A DNA stretch of 44,697 bases, from the NCBI GenBank assembly GCA_945900705.1, contig CAMDKJ010000003.1:1-44697 (forward strand), written 5' to 3'. Both the position numbers and the translations under genes were made by a program. The stretch is from Bifidobacterium breve. Its GTDB lineage: Bacteria > Actinomycetota > Actinomycetes > S36-B12. Below the pieces are notes generated by a model, which was not told where the DNA came from, did not search any database, and was given only the letters and a program-made list of their open reading frames with translations. Each line of letters starts with the position of its first letter. Positions within the stretch are counted from its first letter, which is position 1. Positions 1 through 8,022 of this stretch are shown here, in pieces.

Positions 1-2
1 CA

Positions 3-1532
3 AGTGACGCCCTCGCCTCGATCTTCTACGTAAACAACTGGTGGTACATCTTCGCCGATCAATCATATTTTGCATTTACCGGAAGGCCGCCATTCCTAAA
101 GCACCTGTGGTCGCTATCGGTTGAAGAGCAGTTCTATCTGATTTGGCCGGCCATCGCGTACCTTTGTGTCCGAAAATTTGGCCGGCGTGGAGTCGCGTTA
201 CTCGCAGCTGCAGTTGCCTTACTGTCAACGGCGTGGATGCTCTACTTAACGATCGCAGGTGGCTACCCAGATTTCGCTGATCCAAGCCGCGCCTACTTCG
301 GGACCGACTCACACATCATGGGCTTATTGGTGGGGGCACTACTTGCCACTTTCTGGCGCCCGGCACGCCTGACAACTGGAATCCCAAAGAATTATCGGGT
401 CCTCGGCACCACACTTGGTGTCTTAGCTGCCCTGGCAATCATCGCTGTTTTCCTCCGGGCCGGTGAGTTCAGCCCCTGGCTCTACCGCGGAGGCTTCTTG
501 GCGATCGCCGTTGTCACCGCAATCCTCATCGCCTGTGCAACCCACCCGGGTTTACCGATTGGCCGGTGGATCGGCTCGCAGCCATGGCGTTACATCGGCC
601 AGCGCTCATACGGCCTTTATCTTTGGCATTGGCCAATCTTCATGGTAACTCGGCCAATGCTTGATATCGAGATGGATGGCTTAGCCCTGCTCATCTTGCG
701 GCTCGCCTTGACCTTCGTGATTGCCGAAGCAAGTTTCAGATTCATTGAACTCCCGATCAGGCGAGGCGCCATCGATCGTTGGATCAAGTCTTGGCGCGCA
801 TCCACCGGAGAAGATCGTAAGCGTCAGACTCGAATCGGCGTGCGAGTGGCTGTGTGGTCAACTATCGGAGTGCTTGCTCTTGGCACCGCATTAGCAACCG
901 CCCAGGTAGCAACTGCCCCTGATGTGGTTGCCGCAATCGATGACGGTGTGCCCGGAACGACAGAAGTCACCTTCGACGACCTCCCAATTCCAATCGCCAG
1001 CGCAACTTCGTCTCCAGCACCTACCTCAGCACAGCTGCCGTCCACAGCCCCCACTCCAACATTTAATCCGGGACCGGTAAGTGCCATCGGTGATTCAGTC
1101 TTACTCGGTGCCCGCAGCGCCGTAAAAGAAGCTATCCCGGGGATTCGCGTTGATGCAGCAGTAGCCCGAATGCCCGGCGCCTTCATCGGCGATATCCGCG
1201 AGTTGATTGCAGCCGACAAACTTGCACCCATTGTGGTTGTTCACCCTGGCACCAACGGGGTTCTCACTGAAAGCATGTTGCGAAATATGCTAAATCAGCT
1301 CGTCGGCTACCCGCGAGTGGTGATCGTCAATTCGGATGTGCCACGGGTTTGGCAGGACCCAAATAATGGGGTTATTGCCAAGGTGGCGCCCGACTACCCA
1401 AATGCCGTCATCGCCGATTGGTACGCTGTCAGCGCCGGTAAGCGCGACTACTTCGTTTCAGATGGAGTGCACCTCTCGGCAAAAGGTGCAGCCGCATATG
1501 CCAAGGTAATTAAGGACGCCACCGGCCTCTAG
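3..1532 (+). CDS. Acyltransferase_3 membrane O-acetyltransferase fused to a C-terminal SGNH domain (OafA/OatA-like); 5' end lies outside the window
   Basis: Frame is open from base 3 and in frame with the 237 ATG. AT3 motifs HLWSLSVEEQFY and SYGLYLWHWP, a Pro/Thr linker, and SGNH motifs GDSV and DGVH. Confidence 0.9.
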   Translation, partial: SDALASIFYVNNWWYIFADQSYFAFTGRPPFLKHLWSLSVEEQFYLIWPAIAYLCVRKFGRRGVALLAAAVALLSTAWMLYLTIAGGYPDFADPSRAYFGTDSHIMGLLVGALLATFWRPARLTTGIPKNYRVLGTTLGVLAALAIIAVFLRAGEFSPWLYRGGFLAIAVVTAILIACATHPGLPIGRWIGSQPWRYIGQRSYGLYLWHWPIFMVTRPMLDIEMDGLALLILRLALTFVIAEASFRFIELPIRRGAIDRWIKSWRASTGEDRKRQTRIGVRVAVWSTIGVLALGTALATAQVATAPDVVAAIDDGVPGTTEVTFDDLPIPIASATSSPAPTSAQLPSTAPTPTFNPGPVSAIGDSVLLGARSAVKEAIPGIRVDAAVARMPGAFIGDIRELIAADKLAPIVVVHPGTNGVLTESMLRNMLNQLVGYPRVVIVNSDVPRVWQDPNNGVIAKVAPDYPNAVIADWYAVSAGKRDYFVSDGVHLSAKGAAAYAKVIKDATGL

Positions 1533-1653
1533 CGATTCAGCATTCTATCGGCGTGCGGTTTGGGCTGGCTGGGATTTGGGGGTTGGTGGTGGGTCGGCGG
1601 CTACGTATTTTGGCGGACGAGCATTGTCATCATGTTACGGTGGGGAGTGCCCC

Positions 1654-1815
1654 CTACATTCCACATTGTCTCACAAAACTCTCGTCACAATAGGCCGCGG
1701 AAGGGTTTAGTGTGCCGCCGATACCGGCCACACCGGACCGCACCCAACCAACACCGAGTGCGAGCCGATCAGATGGCGCTGAACTTACTGGGGTAGCAAC
1801 ATCAATATTTGGCAT
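1654..1815 (-). CDS. Small peptide gene 1 of the array (53 aa; conserved leader plus core AAYCDESFVRQCGM)
   Basis: Translated by hand; below the ORF track cutoff. GGAG 6 nt before the ATG; leader almost identical to copy 5. Confidence 0.7.
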   Translation of the reverse strand: MPNIDVATPVSSAPSDRLALGVGWVRSGVAGIGGTLNPSAAYCDESFVRQCGM

Positions 1816-1940
1816 TTAGTGCTCCGTCCTTCTCGTTGTTGTGATCTATTACTTCGTTGATAGGTGTGAACTTCTTTTAGTTGAGCGGTCAGGGGCCAGC
1901 AACAGGGTTTAAACACCCCACCTAGCGGTAGGAAAGGGTG

Positions 1941-2126
1941 CTACTCTTCATTACCCTCAAAGCAGCTTCCCCCGTTGAGACCTTCGCCGTACGTATTTAG
2001 TAGGGTGAAGGAGGGGTTTAGGGTGCCGCCGATACCGGCCACACCGGGCCGTACCCAACCAACACCGAGTGCGAGCCGATCGATCGGTACTGAAGTCACT
2101 GGCGAAGTGACATCACTATTTGGCAT
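1941..2126 (-). CDS. Small peptide gene 2 (61 aa; core FTLLNTYGEGLNGGSCFEGNEE)
   Basis: ATG (MPNSD) at the repeat boundary, preceded by GGAG; same leader as the other copies. Confidence 0.7.
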   Translation of the reverse strand: MPNSDVTSPVTSVPIDRLALGVGWVRPGVAGIGGTLNPSFTLLNTYGEGLNGGSCFEGNEE

Positions 2127-2316
2127 CTCATGCTCCAACAGGTCAAAGGGCCAATACCCAAGCGGGCATCTGTAAATGATGGTAGAACACTCCCGACCTA
2201 AAACCAAGGGTTTAGCAAAAGGTTCCCAAGTGCGAAGATGCGTGCAGGGGTAACGGGGCTACCTGTGAGCCGTAGGTTCGACTCCTACTACTTGGAGCGT
2301 TCGAGTTCACTACCGC

Positions 2317-2354
2317 AAACAACTGGCCCCAGACCAACGGCGGTCAGGGGCCAG
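2317..2354 (-). terminator. Putative intrinsic terminator downstream of peptide gene 3
   Basis: Minus strand reads CTGGCCCCTGACC-GCCGTT-GGTCTGGGGCCAG followed by TTGTTT. Variants at about 2835-2872 and 3292-3329; one arm is missing in the copy at 1884. Confidence 0.6.
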
Positions 2355-2447
2355 CAACAGGGTTTAAACACCCCACCTAGCGGTAGGGAACGGAGCTACT
2401 CCTCATATTACCCCCAAGGGTCTCGCTCGGCTGTACAAACAGAACTC

Positions 2448-2615
2448 TCAGATGTGATACCCCCAAGGCTCCCGCGGTGCTGAACAAATAGAACTCTCAG
2501 AGGGGTTTAGGGTGCCGCCGATACCGGCCACACCAGTGCGCACCGAACTAACACCGAGAGCGAGCCGATCAGTTGGTGCTGAACTTACTGGGGTAGCAAT
2601 ATCAATATTTGGCAT
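2448..2615 (-). CDS. Small peptide gene 3 (55 aa; core ESSICSAPREPWGYHI)
   Basis: ATG (MPNID) preceded by AAAGGA; conserved leader. Confidence 0.7.
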   Translation of the reverse strand: MPNIDIATPVSSAPTDRLALGVSSVRTGVAGIGGTLNPSESSICSAPREPWGYHI

Positions 2616-2912
2616 CAGGTTTACGTCCTTTGCGTCAGTAAATGTGGAAACGCTAGCGGCGCCAAGATGGGCCGCTGATTTAATTGGAACACCAAACCCG
2701 GCAAATGGCAATAAGCGCGGCCGTCGAAAAAGGTGCCAGGCACTTTTCCCATTACCCCCGCAACCATTGACACCTGGCCAGCACCGGGGCCACTAAAACT
2801 TAGACCACCAGGGGTGTTCGAGTTCACTCTCCGTTTACAACTGGCGCCAGACCAACAGCGGTCAGGGGCCAGCAACAGGGTTTAAACACCCCACCTAGTA
2901 GCGGGGAAGGGG

Positions 2913-3101
2913 CTACTCTTCAGTTCCCTCAAAACACCAGCTCCCCGAACTGCACCGCCCCATACATTTGAAGGCCCACTCATTAGAGGGGTTTAGCGTG
3001 CCGCCGATGCTTGCCGCACCGGGGCGCACCCAACCAACACCGAGTGCGAGCCGACCGATCGGCGCTGAACTAACTGGTGAATTAACGTCGGTGCTTGGCA
3101 T
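2913..3101 (-). CDS. Small peptide gene 4 (62 aa; core NEWAFKCMGRCSSGSWCFEGTEE)
   Basis: In the ORF track; GGAG before the ATG; conserved leader. Confidence 0.7.
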   Translation of the reverse strand: MPSTDVNSPVSSAPIGRLALGVGWVRPGAASIGGTLNPSNEWAFKCMGRCSSGSWCFEGTEE

Positions 3102-3377
3102 TTAGCGCTCCAATCGTTAGGCAAGCCAATACCCAAACGGGCACCGGTAACTCATATTAAAACACGTCCGACCAAAAACCAAGAGCCTAGTAACATTTTC
3201 TGAGGTGCGAAGATGCGCCCGTGCATAAAGGGGCTACCTGTGCGACGTAGGTTCGGCTGTTACCACTTGGAGTATTCGAGTTCACTACCGCAAACAACTG
3301 GCCCCCAACCAACAGCGGCCAGGGGCCAGCAACAGGGTTTAAACACCCCACCTAGCGGTAGGAAAGGGTGCTACTCT

Positions 3378-3533
3378 TCATCCATAACTTAAGCACGCCC
3401 CACTACAACCAAGGTAGGAGGGGTTTAGGGTGTCGCCGATACCGGCCACACCGGACCGCACCCAACCAACACCGAGTGCGAGCCGATCAGATGGCGCGGA
3501 ACTTACTGGGGTAGCAACATCAATATTTGGCAT
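3378..3533 (-). CDS. Small peptide gene 5 (51 aa; core YLGCSGACLSYG)
   Basis: ATG (MPNID) preceded by AAAGGA; conserved leader. Confidence 0.7.
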   Translation of the reverse strand: MPNIDVATPVSSAPSDRLALGVGWVRSGVAGIGDTLNPSYLGCSGACLSYG

Positions 3534-3676
3534 CAGATTTACGTCCTTTGCGTCAGTAATTGTGGAAACGCTAGCGGCGCCAGGGTGCGCTACTGACTTC
3601 ATTGGAACACCGAACCCGGCAAAAGGCAATAGCAAAACGCCAAACAACTCCCGGTGACCGAAAGTCGCTAATGAAC

Positions 3677-4444
3677 CTAACCGGGCCTGCGAACTGGAGC
3701 GATGAAATCTTTGATCGCCCGTGCCGTGCCTGCTGGGTGCTCCACAATACTGAGGTGGCCGGCGCCGGCGATTTTCACTTCCTGACCGCGGCGCAGCACT
3801 TGCAACATAGCCATCTGGTCAGCCTCGGGACTCAGCGTGTCACCGGTACCCCAAAGTATGAGCACCGGGATATCAAGTGCACCGAGTGTTGTCAGTGATT
3901 CTGCTCGATCGGCCATCGCCTGCTGATACCAAGCAACTGCCTTTGGGCCCGCATCATCTAGCCAAGCGGACACCTGCGCAACAACTTCTGGCCGGGTGTC
4001 ACGGGTAACCTGACCGAGAAGCCCAGCGAGCATCGCCTGCTGCAAAATCCGACCACACTCCTGTGGGTTTTCGGTGACGGCCTTGGCCATCCGAAATCTA
4101 TTTTCGCGGGCTAACTCAGTGTCGGCACTGGCCTTGGTGTCACAGCAGATGGCCGCTGTAAACATTTCGGGGCGTTTGCGCAGCATCGCCATCGCGACGT
4201 ATCCACCAAGTGAGATCCCCCCGAGTACTGCACGCTCGATCCCGCGGTGATCCAGGTCCGCAAGAATCGCATCAGCTACCGAGTCAATACTGGGAGCCCC
4301 CGGCAACAAGTCCGTGCCACCAAAGCCTGGCAGATTAGGTACGTGAACCTGCCAGCCAGCGGCAGCAAGTATCTCGGCTTGAGGTTCCCAAAGCCGGGCA
4401 TCGAAGGGAAATGCGTGCAATAACACCACTGTTTGTCCGCTCAT
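3677..4444 (-). CDS. Alpha/beta fold hydrolase
   Basis: LLHAFP oxyanion motif, GISLGG nucleophile elbow, C-terminal AGHL. Confidence 0.9.
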   Translation of the reverse strand: MSGQTVVLLHAFPFDARLWEPQAEILAAAGWQVHVPNLPGFGGTDLLPGAPSIDSVADAILADLDHRGIERAVLGGISLGGYVAMAMLRKRPEMFTAAICCDTKASADTELARENRFRMAKAVTENPQECGRILQQAMLAGLLGQVTRDTRPEVVAQVSAWLDDAGPKAVAWYQQAMADRAESLTTLGALDIPVLILWGTGDTLSPEADQMAMLQVLRRGQEVKIAGAGHLSIVEHPAGTARAIKDFIAPVRRPG

Positions 4445-5184
4445 AGATCACTCCAGCGTTCCATCGGCCCAGCCCATTGGTGCGGAAGAGGCCACGCGTG
4501 TGGTGCGACCCGCTTGACGATCTCGTCAATGGCGGCGCGAACATTTGTCTCCCCCACCCACAGGTGCTTGGCGCCGGCGACCGCGATGACTTCGGCCTGC
4601 GGAATAATCGAGAACCTAGGGCGCGCAGCTTCAGGGGCCAGGTAATCATCGAGCTCGGGTACCACGCAGGTAAGGGCCCGACCGGTTTCAGCCCAGGTGA
4701 GTAGATCCGAATCGGTGGCAAAACGCAGCGGTGGCGAGAGGAGAATTGCACCACGCACCGGATCCAAATTGCCATGCCGCAAAATCACATCGGTACCAAA
4801 TGACCATCCCACCAGCCACGGGGCTGGAAGTGATCGGGCTTCGATCTCGCCGATGGCAGCCTGTAGGTCGAGGCCTTCGCCGCGCCCATTGTCAAATTCG
4901 CCTTCACTTTGCCCAGCCGCACTTTGAGTGCCTCGAGTATTGAATCGCAACACCGCGATATCGGCGAGTGCCGGCAATCGCCAAGCCATCTTGCGCAGCA
5001 CGTGACTATCCATCATTCCGCCGTGTGTGGGTAGCGGATGCACGCAGACGATCGAAGCCACCGGCGTATTGCGCTCGGGTAGCGCTAATTCGCCAACAAG
5101 TCTTAATCCGTCCGACGTCGTCAGCGTTAGTGGTATTCGTAGCGCCGGCAGCACTGAATTCGCGACGATACTTGCGGTAGTCAT
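4441..5184 (-). CDS. Alpha/beta fold hydrolase (conserved actinomycete type)
   Basis: HPLPTHGGMM and GWSFG motifs. Start moved to the ATG at 5184 to avoid overlapping the upstream gene. Confidence 0.88.
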   Translation of the reverse strand: MTTASIVANSVLPALRIPLTLTTSDGLRLVGELALPERNTPVASIVCVHPLPTHGGMMDSHVLRKMAWRLPALADIAVLRFNTRGTQSAAGQSEGEFDNGRGEGLDLQAAIGEIEARSLPAPWLVGWSFGTDVILRHGNLDPVRGAILLSPPLRFATDSDLLTWAETGRALTCVVPELDDYLAPEAARPRFSIIPQAEVIAVAGAKHLWVGETNVRAAIDEIVKRVAPHAWPLPHQWAGPMERWSDL

Positions 5185-5185
5185 G

Positions 5186-5503
5186 TCAGTAACGTGGCCC
5201 GCCCGCTGACCGCATGGTGCGCGGCCCACGGTTATGGCGCGAACTCCAGCAGGCGGTATGCCAGTGGCGCCTCGACTCGACACCACCAAGGCCATCGGCC
5301 GGGTAGGTCACCACATGTGGTGTGGCGGGTCGGATTTCTTGGTCGCACCCTGGGCAGCGATAGGTTTTGGTCGAACTAGAACCGGTGATGGACTGCACTA
5401 CCCAATCCTCGCCGTCATAGTCTTCAACACGCCGCGCACTCGATCCACCTGGACCGCGCTCCTCACCTGATGAACCAGGTTTACGGTGATGCTTACGCCC
5501 CAT
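5186..5503 (-). CDS. Conserved actinobacterial small protein, probably Zn-binding
   Basis: YRCPGCDQEI...RRHWHTACW pattern; tight operonic spacing. Confidence 0.8.
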   Translation of the reverse strand: MGRKHHRKPGSSGEERGPGGSSARRVEDYDGEDWVVQSITGSSSTKTYRCPGCDQEIRPATPHVVTYPADGLGGVESRRHWHTACWSSRHNRGPRTMRSAGGPRY

Positions 5504-5518
5504 GGCAGCGAGCCAGCA

Positions 5519-7318
5519 TTAGGTGTAAACCCGAAAACCGCGGCCAGTCTTACGCCCTAAGTAGCCGGCGGTAACCAGATGCTCAAGCCTCGGAGCCGGG
5601 GCGAACCCGCGTTCGCGAAATTCGCGATAAAGGGTCTGCTGGATAGCAAGTGAAACGTCAAGGCCAACTACGTCAAGTAGTTCGAATGGACCCATCGGGT
5701 AGCCACAGCCACGCTTCATGGCTAGGTCAATGTCGTCGGCATCGGCATAGTTCATTTCAAGCATACGGATGGCATCATTGAGATACGGGAAAAGCAGCGC
5801 GTTAACAATGAAGCCAGCACGGTCTGCGCAAACAACCGGGTGCTTGTCGATCCGCAGGCAGAGTTCACGCGAGGTTGCAATTACCTCGTCAGCGGTTGCG
5901 ACGGTGCTAACAATCTCGACCAGTTTCATAATTGTGGCCGGGTTGAAGAAGTGCAGGCCAACGACGTCCTGCGGCCTCGAGGTCGCCGCAGCCATTTCAA
6001 CTACCGGAAGGCTCGAGGTAGTGGTCGCCAAGATCACGCCCGGCTTGCATATTTCGTCAAGATTTTCAAAGAGAGCCAATTTGACCGATAACTCTTCAAC
6101 GATTGCTTCGACAACCATATCAACCTTGGCAAGATCATCAAGCCTGGTGGAGCCGACTAGATGCGCAAGTGCTGCATCGCGCCCAGCTTCGTCGAGCTTG
6201 CCACGCTGCACCGCCTTCTCGAGGGATTTTTCGATAGCCCCGTGTACAGCTTTAACTTTATCCTCGGTCCGAGCTACGTAGATAACATCAATGCCCGCTT
6301 TAGCAAAAACTTCGGCGATACCGGTGGCCATCGTGCCGCTTCCGATAACTCCTACCGAGTTAACCGTGCGAGTTGAGCCACTTGTTTGAGTTGGGTCAGG
6401 AGTTTGAGAATCGGCGACAACAACCGGTGAATGCTGTGCCTCATAGGTGTAGAAGCCGCGGCCAGATTTGCGGCCGCGTAACCCGGCGGTGACCATCTGC
6501 TTGATGATCGGCGACGGGGCATGGAGCCGGTCGCGGCCTTCTTTGTACATCGTGTCGAGGATCTCATAGGCGGTATCAAGCCCAATTAGGTCAAGCAGGG
6601 CCAACGGCCCCATCGGCAACCCGCAGCCAAGTCGCATTGAAGCATCAATATCTTCGCGCGTGGCGTATTTCTGTTCATACATCTTGACCGCATGGTTTAG
6701 GTAGCCAAATAGCAGCGCATTTGCGATGAACCCGGCCTTATCTCCAACAACAACCGGTTCTTTGCCGAGCCCGCGGGCGAACTCGGCGACCGCATCTACG
6801 ACTTCAGGTGAAGAAACCACGGTGCGAACAATTTCAACGAAAGCTTGTACCGGGGCCGGGTTAAAGAAGTGCAGGCCGACGACCTGCGAGGGCCGCCCGG
6901 TAGCCACGGAGATTTCAGTTACCGAAAGCGACGACGTATTGCTGGCCAGAATTGCATGAGGTGGGGTAATACCATCAAGGGCGGCGAATAAAGCACTCTT
7001 GATTTCCATACTTTCGGGTACGGCTTCAACCACGAGATCGACTTCGGATAATTCATTAAGGCTGGTCGTGAAAGTGATGCGCGCAAGCAGAGAGGTGCGC
7101 TCCTCCTCCGATAACTTGCCCTTCGCTACGGCCCTGGTGGTTGAGCCTTCGATGGTCTTAACACCCCGCGCCAGATCTACCTCGGTGGCCTCCACCGCCC
7201 AGACCCGCGCTCCGCTGCGGGCGATGACTTCGGCGATGCCCGCACCCATGGTGCCTAAGCCAATGACGCCGACTCTGGTAATCGAACCGGACGCGGAAGT
7301 GGTTGCTGAATTGCTCAT
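5519..7318 (-). CDS. 3-hydroxyacyl(butyryl)-CoA dehydrogenase with two tandem HCDH units
   Basis: Two GxGxM Rossmann motifs, two GLHFFNPA motifs and two PMGP motifs. Confidence 0.92.
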   Translation of the reverse strand: MSNSATTSASGSITRVGVIGLGTMGAGIAEVIARSGARVWAVEATEVDLARGVKTIEGSTTRAVAKGKLSEEERTSLLARITFTTSLNELSEVDLVVEAVPESMEIKSALFAALDGITPPHAILASNTSSLSVTEISVATGRPSQVVGLHFFNPAPVQAFVEIVRTVVSSPEVVDAVAEFARGLGKEPVVVGDKAGFIANALLFGYLNHAVKMYEQKYATREDIDASMRLGCGLPMGPLALLDLIGLDTAYEILDTMYKEGRDRLHAPSPIIKQMVTAGLRGRKSGRGFYTYEAQHSPVVVADSQTPDPTQTSGSTRTVNSVGVIGSGTMATGIAEVFAKAGIDVIYVARTEDKVKAVHGAIEKSLEKAVQRGKLDEAGRDAALAHLVGSTRLDDLAKVDMVVEAIVEELSVKLALFENLDEICKPGVILATTTSSLPVVEMAAATSRPQDVVGLHFFNPATIMKLVEIVSTVATADEVIATSRELCLRIDKHPVVCADRAGFIVNALLFPYLNDAIRMLEMNYADADDIDLAMKRGCGYPMGPFELLDVVGLDVSLAIQQTLYREFRERGFAPAPRLEHLVTAGYLGRKTGRGFRVYT

Positions 7319-7338
7319 GGGTGGATTCTGCCAGTTGA

Positions 7339-8022
7339 TCAGAACAGTCGAAGACTTGGATCAGCCGTGCCCAAAAGCCCGTCATAATCCAAAAGCACGC
7401 ACCTGATCCCGCGATCCTCCGCCAAGGTCCGGGCTTGAGGTTTGATCTCCTGGGCAGCAAATACCCCCAACACCGGGGCGAGCAACGCATCGCGGTTTAA
7501 GAGGGTCAAATACCGGGTTAATTGCTCGACCCCGTCGATCTCACCGCGCCGCTTGATCTCCACCGCCACCGTGGCCCCAGCGCCATCTCGGCAGAGCAAA
7601 TCAACGGGGCCAATGGGTGTTGGATACTCACGGCGAATCAACGTCCAACCGGCTCCCAGCACACTCACATGGGTTGCTAGCAGAGCTTGTAGCTGGGCCT
7701 CAACGCCCACCTTTTGGAGGCCCGGGTCAACCCCAAGGTCATGCTCGGTCTCAGAGATAATCTCGTGAATGGTGACCTGCAACTGCTCCCCGGCCTTATT
7801 TTCAACCACCCAGACAATGTCGGTATTTACTTCGCCCGCGCCCGGCTGAATCCGGATGGTGCACGGCGGGCTCATCCAATTTAACGGCTTATAAGAGCCG
7901 CCATCTGAGTGAATAAGGACGGAGCCATCGCCTTTAACCATGATCACTCGCACGGCTTCGGGTAGGTATGCGGTCAATCTACCGACATAGTTGACGGTGC
8001 AGCGCGCGATAACTATGCGCAC
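7339..8022 (-). CDS. nucS: Mismatch-specific endonuclease NucS/EndoMS
   Basis: MRIVIARC N-terminus, [31 protein letters not shown]. Confidence 0.95.
   Translation of the reverse strand: MRIVIARCTVNYVGRLTAYLPEAVRVIMVKGDGSVLIHSDGGSYKPLNWMSPPCTIRIQPGAGEVNTDIVWVVENKAGEQLQVTIHEIISETEHDLGVDPGLQKVGVEAQLQALLATHVSVLGAGWTLIRREYPTPIGPVDLLCRDGAGATVAVEIKRRGEIDGVEQLTRYLTLLNRDALLAPVLGVFAAQEIKPQARTLAEDRGIRCVLLDYDGLLGTADPSLRLF

Larger units (their letters stand above)
1700..3630. repeat. Tandem array of imperfect ~310-490 bp units (five 116-bp leader repeats, four ~66-bp 3' repeats, two alternating spacer types)
   Basis: 116-bp repeat at 1700-1815, 2011-2126, 2500-2615, 2986-3101, 3418-3533. Second repeat at 1884-1950, 2339-2405, 2857-2922, 3314-3380. 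2127-2338 matches 3102-3313; 2616-2712 matches 3534-3630. Confidence 0.97.

Noticed and set aside
1558-1600. G-rich tract, possible G-quadruplex
   Set aside because: Single occurrence in a convergent intergenic gap with no supporting evidence.
1890-3355. CRISPR array (four identical 36-bp repeats)
   Set aside because: Repeat starts are 455, 518 and 457 bp apart, the intervening DNA is itself repeated and coding-like, and no cas genes are present.
2127-3647. Longer N-terminal extensions for peptides 2, 3 and 5 given by the ORF track
   Set aside because: Not shared among all copies; SD motifs sit directly before the common MP start.
1975-3657. Plus-strand ORFs across the repeats (PPIPATP...)
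   Set aside because: Antisense shadows with inconsistent starts and stops; only the minus frame has an SD plus ATG at the same position in all five copies.
3677-5184. Alpha/beta hydrolases as the array's leader peptidases
   Set aside because: Co-oriented and adjacent, but they resemble ordinary conserved actinomycete neighbours of nucS; nothing in the sequence links them to the peptides.
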